Of a stretch of 64,000 nt of DNA, positions 25,009 through 37,823 are shown one piece after another. Under the pieces are notes generated by a model. It was given only the letters and a program-made list of their open reading frames with translations, was not told the DNA's origin and did no database searches. The stretch comes from Haliotis rubra (Eukaryota). The stretch lies in the NCBI RefSeq assembly GCF_003918875.1, contig NW_025765914.1, forward strand, positions 310,001 through 374,000, written 5' to 3'. The first letter of the stretch is position 1; each line of letters opens with the position of its first letter. A program made the position numbers and the translations under genes.

Positions 25009-28000
25009 CACAAAGTGTTATTTTATGCGTAACCAATTTTATATTCTATAATAATGCCGTTACACAGTCTGCAGATTTCTGTTGCAGAATGCCCATGGAA
25101 TCGCACAGCTGCCAGGAACATCCAACAATTGCTACTATCGCAAATAAATACGGAAAATCAGCCGCACAGGTAGGTTTCTGCCCTGTTATTTTCTGTACAG
25201 GGGCGGTTGCATAAGGTGTTCAACCCCCTGCAGACATCCCTCCCACAGTCTGTGATAGATGTTGTTACTAACTATGCACTACTGATCATAATGTTTCCCT
25301 TGATAGATTTTGTTTCAACTAACTATGCACTACTGATCATAATGTTTCCCTTGATAGATTTTGTTACTAACTATGCACTACTGATCATAATGTTTCCCTT
25401 GATAGATTTTGTTTCAACTATGTACTATTGGTCCCACTGTTTCTACCCGTTAAGATCCGGGTTAGAATTGGTCTTCAGTAACCCATGCTTGGCAGAAAGT
25501 AAGAGAATCTCACGAAATACGGCACGTCGTTTGTCAACGTTAGGCGACTTTGGCTCGAACTTTTACCATTACTTGGAGACCCGTTACAATGCGGATTAGA
25601 ATTGGTCTTCAACAACCCATGCTTGTTGTAAGAGGTGACTAACGGGATCGGGTGGCCAGGCTCGCTGACTTGATTGACACATGTCATTGTATCCCAATTA
25701 CGTAGATCGAGGCTCGTGATGTTGATCCCTGGATTGTCTGGTGCGGACTCGATTATTTATAGACCGCCTACACATGCAAATTTCACGTCATACAGCCATC
25801 ATCTTTCAAGAGCGATTACTGTACAAACAACCATGGTTATGTGGAAGTGCAAGCAGTGATGCACTCTCAAAACATTCATTATTATCATATCAACATTGAT
25901 TGACTCCCATACATCTCCCAATATTTTCAATCGCAAATTACAAATGAAGTTCCCCTATATTCTAAAGAGGATATTTTGTCGTTTGCGGTGGACTACTGAA
26001 CTAAACGTTTTCTGTACACCAGGTGATCCTCAGGTGGGGCATACAGAGAGGCTATGCTGTGGTTCCCAAGGCAACGAATCCATTTTGTCTGGTCCAGAGC
26101 ATGGACGTGAGTGTCTGTGTTGGTATCTTCAATTTATCTGACCTCAGTTCCACGTGTATCAATGTGTCAGGAAAATGTAACGCTGGTGTTTTTCAATTGG
26201 CATTTGGCATTTGTGTTCATACCTTACGGTGTGCTGTTCAGTCATTTGTCAGGTTTAGAGGCTTTCTATAGGGGTACAATCCAGCTCCCTCTATAGTGAA
26301 TTATATATATACACACATACATACATGCATACACATATACTAGCCACATAAATAAACTGTGCATTGTCAAAATATTATCCCAGTTGATAAGTACGATAAC
26401 AATGTCAAAGGTACATATAAACTTTAATGGAGGGATCATGAGACCATAACAAGTCGGGAGAATTTCAATTGAAAAGTCAATCACAATGACGTCACGAGTC
26501 CACAAGCGGGACAGGAGTCAAACGACCATGTCACAAGCTCAATAACGGGTATGTCCACCATCGGCATTGAGAACAGCAGTGCATCGACGACGCATAGAGC
26601 CTATCAAACGTGCAAGGAAGGCTTGTGGGATGTCACGCCAGATTCTCTCAAGTTCTGTTGCAAGGTCAAGGACGTTATCTGGCGGATGAGGAAGACGGCG
26701 TAGACGTCGATCCATCTCGTCCCAAACATGCTCTATCGGGGAGAGATCCGGTGAATTTGCAGGCCAAGGCAGTAAGTCAACGTTGTGGAGTTGCAAGAAA
26801 TCCATAGCAACCCTTGCCGTATGAGGGCGGGCATTGTCCTGTTAGAATGTTAACCCAGGGCCATGACGTTGCAGAAAAGGAACTGGCACAGGTCGAAGAA
26901 TCTAATCCCTGTAGCCCACACCAGTTAAGTTGCCCTGAACAATCACCAAAAGAGTTCTTTGGCGTGCTGTTATTCCACCCCAAATCATCACGGAACCACC
27001 ACCAAAGCGTTTCCTCTCCAAGACACAGGCCTGTGCATAACGTTCTCTCACGCGCCTATAGGCACGTTGACGTCCATCACTATGGGAAATGTTAAACCTG
27101 GACTCATCTGTAAAAACAACATTTCTCCACCAAAACAAGGGTCTGCGGACATGATTTCGGCACCACATTCGGCGAGCTTGTCGATGACGTTGTGTCAGGA
27201 TAGGCCGTATGGCGGGACGTCGTGGTCTGATCCCGTGATGACGTAAACGTTGTCGAACTGTGTTGGGGTGGACACGGCGAAGTCCTGGGATGGTTCGGGC
27301 AGTCATCACTGCAGTCTGAAACCTGTGGCGAAGATGGGTCACCCTTATCCATATGTCCTGTCTTGGCGTTGTTACACGTGGACGTCCAGAACGTGGCCGA
27401 TCGATGACGTCATGTGTGTTCTGGTAGCATCTCACCAGTACAGAAATGGTGTTCCGGTGGCAGTGGAAATGTACAGCCACTTGTCGTTGAGACATATACC
27501 CACGGACCATCCCAATGGCCTCAAGACGTTGTGCAGACGTGAGCCTTGGCATGCTATGCGTTTCAATAGCCGTTTAATTTTTTGAACGATCGCAAGGGCA
27601 GGGATTGAGCTTTCCAAAGTGGCAGTATTATGTGGCATTCGTTTGCTCTGTTTCTCTTTCGTTGAATGCACGTGCAACAACGTAGTGCACGTCTCAAGGA
27701 CGAACCCACTGACGTCACGGAACGTGGCACGTGCATGCATGTTGGATACATGTCACTAATCTCTGAGTTTGAATCCTTATGTGTCTACACAGGTTTGATA
27801 AATTTAGATTTTACAATTTTTGTATGCACATTTTCTTTATGTGCCTAGTATAGTTGGGGAGGAGTTTTGGCAAATGATCTTCAATACAATTTGCTCTTTT
27901 GTCTTGTACCATATGTTTCCTTGTTTCATCAGGTGAACAATTACCTTCCTTTCACATGTGTTTGTGGTGGGGAGTGGGGACCACCGGTGGGCAAGATACG

Positions 28001-28394
28001 CTCACCTTATTGCGAACTATCTCACGGTGATTCATGTCATGTATATGGATTTTTATGATTATGGAAAAGGCTTTGGCGTATTTACAATAATATTCCAAAA
28101 AGCTTTAGTAGACTGTGTCACGCACCTCATAGAAGACTGTCTCATGTATGGGAGCGTTGACTCAAAATGGGATTAAAGTATATAAACTTTCATGTAAACG
28201 AATGCAATAGTACCAATACCCTGTGTTGGAAAGTGCAGAGAGACAGTAATCTTTACTCAAATTTGGTTAAAAAAGTACTGACTAGATATTGTTCTTTGTT
28301 TCAGATATTCAACTTTGAACTCTGCACGGATGACATGCAGGCAATAAAAGCTCTGGACAAGGATACAGAGTACATTTCAACAAATACCAAATAA
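18024..28394 (+). CDS. Aldo-keto reductase (AKR1-like), ~299 aa, 9 coding exons, non-canonical active site
   Basis: Exons 18024-18107 (MPMLGLGT), 20516-20677 (GYRYIDT...REELFIVAK), 21203-21319 ([11 protein letters not shown]), 23134-23184 or 23823-23873 (DFLDTWR), 24335-24457 ([20 protein letters not shown]...PANNQ), 24547-24653, 25088-25169 (KYGKSAAQ), 26023-26106 ([16 protein letters not shown]) and 28305-28394 (IFNFEL...*). All introns are GT-AG with a continuous frame. Confidence 0.93.
18560..19900 (-). mobile_element. Decayed LINE ORF2 (reverse transcriptase plus C-terminal region) in AKR intron 1
   Basis: DFSKCF...[14 protein letters not shown]...[21 protein letters not shown] are RT motifs, with a degenerate CVDD (YADD box) and a downstream [10 protein letters not shown]-type motif. 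Frameshifted. Confidence 0.8.
20257..20406 (-). mobile_element. SINE family B copy
   Basis: Matches the consensus. Other copies at about 29165-29362(+), 31105-31232(-), 46835-47010(-), 50100-50233(-), 50910-51030(+), 58127-58284(+) and 60671-60748(+). Confidence 0.8.
21441..22182. mobile_element. Non-autonomous DNA transposon with TAG...CTA termini hosting a nested SINE
   Basis: TAGGGCCTGTAAGT at 21441 versus ACTTACAGGCACTA ending at 22182 (14-bp TIR, 1 mismatch). Confidence 0.6.
21549..21861 (-). mobile_element. tRNA-derived SINE family C, full length, (ACCTC)n tail, 11-bp TSD
   Basis: Minus strand reads GACCGCCTCTGTGGTGTAGTGG (box A)...GGTTCGATCCCC (box B). TSD GCTTACATCCG at 21538-21548 and 21862-21872. 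A degraded second copy lies at about 52049-52280(+). Confidence 0.88.
22640..23045 (+). repeat. 42-bp minisatellite with alternating A/B units (84-bp higher order)
   Basis: CCGGTGCTTACTGTAACCAGATGGCATAATGGC followed alternately by TTCTAACGT or CGCTATCAT. Confidence 0.9.
23052..24405 (+). repeat. 665-bp near-perfect tandem duplication covering AKR exon 4 and the 5' part of exon 5
   Basis: Copies 23052-23716 and 23741-24405 (offset 689), with a 24-nt filler at 23717-23740. Confidence 0.92.
26338..27850 (-). mobile_element. Tc1/mariner (DD34E) element, full length, in AKR intron 8
   Basis: Imperfect ~27-bp TIRs TACTAG(C/G)CACATAAA.AAA.TGTGCAT; TA target duplication at 26336-26337 and 27851-27852. 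Confidence 0.92.
26539..27552 (-). pseudogene. Tc1-like transposase (337 codons) with two in-frame stops
   Basis: Paired-like HTH and [31 protein letters not shown] (34 residues between the second D and E). Stops TAG 26902-26904 and TAA 26842-26844; no frameshift. Confidence 0.92.
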
Positions 28395-31005
28395 ACACAC
28401 GGTCGACATGTTCAGAGTTTCATCATTATGTGCATGATTTAAGAGTTAAGGATCATCGGATTGTTAACCTGTCTTTGGTTTGGTTTGTTGTTTTATGGAG
28501 CACTCAGCAATCGCGACGGTCTGTAAATAAGCGAGTCTTGACCAGACAATCCAGTGATCAACAGCATGAGCATCGATCTACGCAATCGGGAACGATGACA
28601 TGTGTCAACCAAGTCAGCGAGCCTGACCACCCGATCCCGTTAGTCTCCTCTTACAAGCATAGGTTGCTGAAGACCAATTCTAATCCGGATCTTCACGGGT
28701 CCTTCTTAGGTAGTACAAGAATAGGAATGTTTCGTACTAAAAGTGGCTGTCGTGTTTCATCTTTAAGTACAAACCAATTCTGTTACCTACGTGGAAGTGG
28801 ATATTGCCCTGAGCGCCGCCAATATCAGTTCGTTTGACATTATGGCTGTTTTCTGAATACTTAACACATAACACAGTATGCTTTCATTTGAAAACAAACA
28901 GATAAAACAATTCTAATTTGATATCTAGTGTCTGAAGGTTGTGTTTTGTCAAGGGATATTCATGCGCAAAAGAAATAGTCCCAGGCCGGGGAAACACTCG
29001 ACAACAAGAGAACACGGAAACAATTCGAACAGTCATATCTACTGCCGCTAGCAGATTTGAGCAGATCGTGGTCCTACTAAACTGAGACAAGTCATGCATC
29101 GACATATTTGTCCATATTTCCTTCAGAAAGAAGGCTTAACCTATTCATCCTTTTATGAAGTCCGGTTCGGTGGGGTAGTCTAGTGGTTAAAGCCTTTGCT
29201 AGTCGCCGAAGACCCGAGTTCTATTCTCCGTGTTCTATTCTCATGTGTTCTATTCTCCACATGGGTACAATGTGAGAAGCCCATTTCTGGTGTCCCCCGC
29301 CTTGATATTGCTAAAAGCGATACAATGCTATTGCTACATCGCAAACCAAACTCACTCACTCATTTTAAGTCAACATGTACGAGATAAACAGTCACCAAAT
29401 CTCAGAGTCAGATTAATGTGAACAGTGTTTTGGTTTCCAATCGTGTACTCGACGTTTGACGCACCGATCTCATTGACAAAAGAATCACTGATGACGTGCA
29501 GTGAAACACCCTGGTGTCGAAGTTGACGGGACCTACGTAAATACTTCAACTTATCCGAGCTTCGACAGAACGCAAAATGATGAATAAAGAAGGAATACGG
29601 AGGCACCAAGCTTTCACATGAAAATGATTTCGAGTCGATTGTGTTTGACTGTTCAGTGTTTAGCAACATATACGCATTTGAGCTATATGGATTGCGGGAA
29701 ACAAAGCGCCCCTGTGATCTTTCTGTAATGAGCTAACAGACATCTACATCGCAGAACGTTTTATTCGCTCTTTCTTGGTTTACATGACTAACACCTACCT
29801 TTCAGGCTGTCTTCTCCCATATAAGAGAATGAGTGGTATGTGTTTTGTTAGTTTGTTTGTTGTTTAACGCAACACTTCAGCTGTCTGTAAACAAACCAGT
29901 GATCAACAGAATGAGCACCGATCTACGCAATTGGGATACGATGACATGTGTCAACCAAGTCAGCGAATCTGACCACCCGATCCCGTTAGTCGCCTCTTAC
30001 GACAAGCATGGGTTACTAAGACTAATTCTAACCGGTATCTTCACGGGTAACTAACACAAGTTTCCTGAATCTACTTTCACTTCGGAATTTTACATTACTA
30101 ACAATACAGACTATGTATTATGTGAAACAAAACCCTGTAATACTTAGACTGACTGTACATTTTGACGGAACGTTCTAATACGTGACTACTGGTATCTGTC
30201 TATACCATGATAATCCAGGTAGAATTAGTCCTAAATTAGCAAATTTTTCATAAATGCCACGTTTTAACATGTGAGCATTGTTAAGTGAGGTTTCCTAATT
30301 AAATATGTCCGGACTGTGGAGGTTCGACTGTTTGCAGTGACAAATAATAGCGACAAACCCCGTTCCATACACATAAGAAATCTCTGCTTAAAGGACTTCA
30401 AAATCGATTGTACAATTCCCACTATATTGTTGGCTTGAGTATTTGCTTGTTTGTTAAAGCCGCACTGTCATGAAGGCTTGTCTAGCGAACCCTTGTGTTA
30501 TCACTGATTTCCCGTGATCCGTTTTATCAGCTGATCGAGGCTGATGGTCTTAGTGTTGGCGATTTGACTTCACAACTTCCAAGAACAACCGACTCTCTTG
30601 TTGTCCTCGAGATATGCAAACAGCGACTGGGGCCATGCAACCCCCTCGTGTTGGTGGGGATCAAGGCATGCCCGTCTGTCAACATGGGCTGGGATGGGAC
30701 GTGAGTCTCACACATTGTCCACGGCCACTCGAACATCTGAAACATGGTCCAACTGACAGAACTAACAGTGGAAGCCTACTGCGTCTTAACACAGAACAGA
30801 CTTCACTGACAATGGGGGCGTTAGGCAGACAATGTTTTGCCTGTCACAGCCTTGATCTTGTTCAAGACAAATGCAGGTTTTGAATATTGCTGACTCGAAC
30901 ACACGTCCCTGACCCGGTGTTGCAGACACTCAAGACAGGAGCCGGGTTTGGCCACGGGACTACATCGTCGATTGCAGTCCGGATTAGTTTTATCCTCCTC
31001 CGAAA

Positions 31006-34000
31006 ATGAATGCTCGTTTCACAAAGACATGGTTAAAAGCAGTTCTATTTCACACGCTTATCGGAATATGGCTGTTTCCCGTGAAAGGTAAGTTGTCTCT
31101 CTTTTAGGAAATATTTCCGCAATACCACATCTGGGGACGCAAGAAATGGACTTCACCCATTGTACCCGTGGAGGGAAACAAACCCGAACCTACGGTGTGA
31201 CGAGCGAACGCTTCAACAACTTGTCTACCGCCGTACCTATTGACATGGAGCTATGATAGTTATGAGTACCATTATTGTTTTATATGGCCTGCCATGATAA
31301 ATACCGATGTGTTAATAGAGACACCACACAATCACACTTTGAAAACAGGACGAAAGTCCGCAGTATTTAAATTACCGTAGAAGTGAAAAAGGAGAAAACA
31401 CATGCATAGGTACGACCTCATCAATGTTAGGTGCAGCTGTTCTCAATGACAGTTATTTTTTGAAATATTTAACAAATTTTGACATTAGTTAATGAAGGAT
31501 ATTAAAGGCTCACTATAACGCTGACATTAATAATCGGCGTCAAGTGTTTGATCAAATTCCATCCAAAGGCAGTTTGAGTGATCACTTAAGACACAGAAGA
31601 TGACGATTATCACATGCATGTATAGAAAAATCCTTTTGTCATATAGAGAATTTAGAACCAATGTTTAGGCAGATTGTTTCTGTTCAGAGTCAAACTGTTT
31701 TGACAAATAGTGCCTAACCCCCAAGAGCTATTCCATCACCTAGGGATAACATTTCAACGAAAACCGAGAGAAAATGCTTTTTCTGTCTTCTGTAAAGATG
31801 AAACATTTATGTATATTTGTGTTTTATGTATAAAAGTACTTTTTCGGAAGTATAAAGAAACGCTCGTAAAATATATCTTATCAGGAAGTATATGCTGAAG
31901 GTGGCGTAAGCATCTCTGTCTTATGCTTAGTGTATGACCAAATGGTTAGACAACTACTGGTTTCCATTGCCGTTACGTGTTACGAATAACACTCATGTCT
32001 TCTCTTCAACTTTAGGACTTTGGAGTTCAAACTTAATCTTTCTAAGTAAAGCTTAAAACAGGGGTGATATCTCAAAAGGATACATTAAGTCGATGATCTA
32101 GATTACCAGTTGTCCAACTTCCACTTTTGTGAAAGACTAACTTCGTGCTAGCAATTAGGTGCCTGGCTGAGAGTGTGGGTTCGAATCCCGGACGAGACTG
32201 AACCCAACAAAAGTACAGTATACTATAATCTGTAAATTACTGAGAAAGTGTAATCCCAAATACAACATGTGCACATTTTGTTGTGATCCATGAGTGAGTG
32301 ACTTATGTCGGATTCCTTGTCCGATACTTATACGGAAACACATACTTGGGATGCCATTAATCCAAGATTTATGGTTTGATCTTCAAGGATTTCACTTGTG
32401 GATTGAATGTTCACGATAATGATCGTGGACACGGACCACTGCCAGATGCCAGTCTGGATTAGGGACCACGTGGTAGCTGACCCGTGAAGATCCGGGTTAG
32501 AATTGGTCTTCAGCAACCCATGCTTGGTGTAAGAGGCGACTAAGAGGCGATCGATGCTCATGCTGTTGATCACTGAATTGTCTGGTCCAGACTATTTCCA
32601 GACTGCCCTCATGCAGCTTGCTTATATGCTGAGTGCGGCGTGAAACAAACAAACGACCAAACAAACACAACCTCGTGGTAGCCAGGCGCCGAAATATGCT
32701 GTGTAGAGTTACGTTCCCCACACCACCTCTGAGTCGTACTGTGCTCTGTGATACACTGCTGGAAGCACGTCTCCAAACACGGTTTACTGAAATGCAGACA
32801 AACTCGTCACTGAGGATGGTGAAACGCCATTGTGGCGGTGACTGCTGAACCTTTGACGACTTATTGACTCTACACTTCATGATGACCAATCGACGACGGT
32901 ATGAATACTTTAGCATTTAACAGGTCAATGACTTAATAGCCTTTCTGGTGACCTTGAACACTTTTGTTATAAAACAGCCAAGGCATGGCTTCACATCACA
33001 GTGCAAATCCCATAAACTTGGTGAGTGAGTGAGTTTAGTTTTACGCCGCACTCAGCAATATTCAAGCTATGTGGCGTCCTGTAAATAACCAAGTCTGGAC
33101 CAGACAATCCAGTGATCAACAACATGAGCATCGATCTACGCAATTGGGAACCGATGACATGTGTCAACCAAGTCAGCGAGTCTGACCACCCGATCCCGTT
33201 AGTCGCCTCTTACAAGCATGGGTTACTTAAGATCAATATTCTAACCCGGATCTTCACAGGTCATAAACTTGGTATCACACAAATTGTTTCGATGCGATCA
33301 CGGGGAACAAATATAGATCTCCAGCTTAACCACTGACTAATGCGTGACATTTGAGCGCTAACGTCATGTATTGAATCACCACGGTGACGTCTGTTGTTAC
33401 TACGCAACAATCCGACGAAAAAAGAATGACCCAAATCACTATAACGGGTTCCACGTGCATTGTTCTCGAGTTCTTTCACCCGCAAATTTCATTATCGTTT
33501 ATAGTCTGTTTGCAGTTAAAACGTACCAATGAATTTCACTTTAAACAAAAAAGTAAATCAAATAAAGTGAAATTAAGATTGCGAATCCTCATAATTTTAC
33601 CTTGCCAACTGAACATTTAAATCTCAAAAATTTATTCAAATTAGGATAAAAGTTGTTTAACAAATGATCATAGATTCAAATCGCTATTACTGGTTTTCAT
33701 TACAATGGGGTAAGCGCAATAGTTGGAACAGTGAAACAAATGCACGTGCGGTACGTGAAGAGCGTTAACTTATAACAACCCTTGTCTTTTTCTGTGTTTC
33801 ATTTGATGTGCATACCCCCTTGTAATACAAACCAATAATAGCCATGCGAGACTATGATCGTTTGTTAAACAACTTTTATCCTAAGTCGAATAAAATTCTG
33901 AGATTTTAATGTTCAATTGGCAAGGTAAAATCATGAGGATTCGCAGTCTTAATTTCACTTTATTTGCTTTACCTTTTGGTTTAAACTGACATTCATCGGT

Positions 34001-37000
34001 ACGTTTTCACTGCAAACAGACTATAGTAACTACTGGTTCTTATAACTTCACATCTTTCTATACTATATTTGCAAGAGGATATATTTCCACAAGTTAATCA
34101 TGATATCGTGTAAAAGTAACTGTGCGCCACAAAAATTTCAATAAATAATATTCTGAAATCAAATAATACACATTTTTGAAGACATATACTGACGAACATA
34201 AGAAAGTATACACCTGGTTTTTTGGGACTATTCCCATTAAAACCATAAATATTTTGCTAGCAATGTTGTAATTGGATACAATATGTGTGGTGTTTTGGAT
34301 ACACTTGCACAATGTTTGTGACAAGACAGAATCAAACACTTTTTAAAATATTAATGCTGTTTTAAAGAAAATATTTTACCAAAGAATCAGGTGTGTACTT
34401 TCTTTTGAACGTCGGTTTATATTGTTCAAGATCGTTGTTCCACTTGCTCTTGCGTATTAATACACGGTGATGTTTGCTCCTTTGTTTGCAACACGATACG
34501 CACACATGTCGTTTTCAAAAAGAAGCAGCATGCAGTTATTGTTTATCTGCCAAGCCTTCATAAACAAATACGGCTTGCTGAAAATCAACGTGAACGCGCC
34601 GATGTTATGCCCAAACAGGAAGGTCGCCAACTAAAGCTGTTAGACATTTTCTTGTTTATCGAATGCAATATTTTCTCTGTGGACACGGTATTTACAGTAA
34701 AACTCTAATGACATGAGTCGACTGTACATGTGTGACGTCACGGCGACAAGGTAACCATATTCGGTTGTTGCATCTTTGGCATCAATGCCAGGCTACCACG
34801 TTAACTCGGACACTCCTTCGGACAATGGTGGCAGAGCCGAGTGTAATCGGTTGAGGGAGCACAGTATCCAGGCACATTAACTAGGACAACCCCTTCGAAC
34901 AAAGCCGGCAGAACCGTATGTAATCGGTTGAGGGAGCCCAGCGTCCAGGCCCAACGTCCGGTGACTACATCATCCTGTTCTTCCGTCACCGTCTGGCACG
35001 TCAAGCTTGCTGTAGACACAATACAAGGGCAGTCCAAGTCTCTTCTGAAGAGCTCTGGTAGTCTCTATTTAAGTATGACGTTTTAGCGAGGTTTCCGTTA
35101 CCAAACGTCGTTAGTTTAGGAGCTTCATGGTTAACTCTTAAAAAAACATCTGTGGTAATTTTAATTACCTCGCGAAAACTCGGCAAAATTGACACTTATT
35201 TCACTCTGAATAAAACTCGATAAAACATAGTTTGAAGTTTAATCTTATAAATATTCCCAGGGGAGTTGAGCCTGTCATCTTAGTAGTTTGTTGTTTAACG
35301 CCGCACTATTGCAGCCATTACAGGCCTACTACGTCAGAAGGAGTGTAATTTCAATAGGCCTTGATCCGTAGGCCATAAAGGTATGTATCTTTTGAATGGG
35401 TGTAAGGGACCTACATATTGATAAAACAAGAGTCTTTATTTCTGTTCTACAGGCTGTGAAGAATCATGCCGCTTCTCCTATGACCAGAGCTTTAATGAGT
35501 ACAGCAACAGATGTGACCAAAGCGCCTCTGGCAACATCGTCGTCACCGACCGCGCCCACTTCGACGGCTCGTCGTTCCTATCCCTCCCAATGTTCCAGCA
35601 AAACCCTCTTCGGCCCGCGTTCGCCATGGCATTCATCTTCAAGTATACGGGGCAGCGCACCTTCCGTGACGTCGCCATACTCAGCAACGGCTGCGTAGAT
35701 GCTCCACCCACCATGGAGTTCAAGCTGCGACCGGGACGGCATCATAATCAGTTCGCTACGACGACTTTCAGTCTTAGGATGACAAACGACGAAAGAGATA
35801 TGAACATCAGCGTGAGAAATATCAACGTGGTAAGGTTCATGTTCGTAATAGCGGCGGGGCACGCCGGTATGGTCAGGTGTCCTCTCGTCACGCCGACTGG
35901 CATAGGTTCGAATCCCCATATGGGTAAAATGTGTGAGGCCATTACTTGTGTCCCACCACGCACTCACTTATGGAGGGGCGATGGGGTAGCCTACTGGTTA
36001 AAGCATTCGCTCGTCACACCCAAGACCTGGGTTCGATTCCCCACATGGGTACAAAGTGTGAAGCCCATTTCTGGTGTCCCCCGACCTGATATTGCTGGAA
36101 TATTGCTAAAAGCAGCGTGAAACCATACTCACTCACTTATGGATAATACCAGTCAAGAAACAAAAACTCTGTTAAGTTAGTGAGTATGACAAGCGAACGC
36201 TCAAACCATACCCGGTTCACCCCAAACTTCAATAAAGTAAATAAAGTAGGAGAGGATGGGGTATGGGGATGGGGGTGGTGGTGGGCATCATTTAAAGTGT
36301 TCAACCACATGTGACAGATAACAAGAAAATCTGTATGTTCGATCAGTATGTTCGATATTTACCCATTTTCATTTTAAGAGTGGCAGTCACTCATACCCTT
36401 TTAACCCACATGGGTGATGAAACCACAAAAAGAATCGTACAGATGTGAATGAGGGACCGTCTAGTGGATAGGGCGGCACAGCGTCTGTCCAGACAATGGA
36501 AGGTTGGTACTTCGATCCCCATCCACGCATGCAAACATATGAAAGTGTACGCTCATAAATAGCCTATATGACTAGAACATACCTGAACACGGCGTTAAAT
36601 TCAGTTATATCTCACCTGTCAATTGAAGTTAATTACACATTTTCTCCCTCTCTTGTAGAACGTCCGGGAGGAGGTGTTGGTGCAGATCGCCCAGAACGAG
36701 ACGGCTGTGGAAGTCCAGGTGGCAGGCCAGCCCAAGCAGACATTCGCTAAAGGTGAACTGATACCTCATGGACCTTATACTAACAACATTATTGAATGGA
36801 ACAAAGCTTTCAAAATGTCCCCCTGATCTCGTACAGGTATTACGAGCATATTCCTCGATTTCCTTGTGCAACAAGCAGAGTGTACGGAAAATGCGAGCGT
36901 ATGTTCGAAATCTCCAGAAATTACGTCATGATAAAAACAATGTTTTATCGTCCTCGTTCTTCATCATTCTTTGCGTATAGCTATGTCAAAAGGTCAACCT

Positions 37001-37792
37001 GACCACCGACCAGTCATGTAGTTTCTATATCTAATAATTGACTTTACAAATCGAATCAATGTTGGGAAACCGGATGTGTCACATCGCAGTGAAGAGTTAC
37101 TTCCCTTACATGCCCTTGAGCCATGTATTGTTTGTATCGCTGGTCTACACATTGTTTGTTCTGCAGATATCAACGACTACATCGGGCTCAGTGACTGCCC
37201 ACTACAGATTGGGGCCGGCAAGGGCCTTGAGAACTATGTTGGCGAGTTCGACGAGGTATCTATACCTGTATTCTTACAGAAAATCTGAGATGTACAGCTT
37301 GTTCAGCTTGACCTTTTTATGTGGCTACTAATGCATTGCGTGACCATGTCACAACTGGTTGGGTCTATTATTGTCAAGGGGTGCACCTTTGTCAGTTGAT
37401 TGTCCACATGTCCGAAAAGCCGAGACAAGGTCGCCGTTTGACATCTCAGTGTCGAGAAATCGCCAGCAATGTCCTAACTTTCTTTAAAAAGAAGGAGCTA
37501 CAGATGGTTTAATGTTTCCGATTCGAGATGTAACGAATCCATGCATGCATGTTTCGCACGAACGCAACATTAATAACATTCTCTGCTCCCCTATTTAATG
37601 AAGTTAACTTGACCTGTCGTTTGTGCCATTTGACCTCCCGGGCCATGCATATGTAGAGTAGCTCAGGTCAAGCTGAACAAGCTGTAGTGGTGTAATGGAA
37701 ACAAACATTGAACGTTAACTCCTCAAACCAGTAAAATACATTCCCACTCTCTTACACACAGACGTACACGTGCACACACACTCGCGCGCGCA

Positions 37793-37823
<31 letters not shown>

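Noticed and set aside
30467-30937. Possible solo LTR (TG...CA) just upstream of the LamG-only ATG
   Set aside because: No target-site duplication or second copy visible; cannot be supported without a repeat library.
32633-32848. Possible extra exon of the LamG-only gene
   Set aside because: No chitin-binding Cys pattern and weak splice context; it starts in a SINE tail.
35830-36120. C-terminal half of the 176-aa ORF 35590..36120
   Set aside because: Read-through past the donor at 35830 into an intron and SINE.
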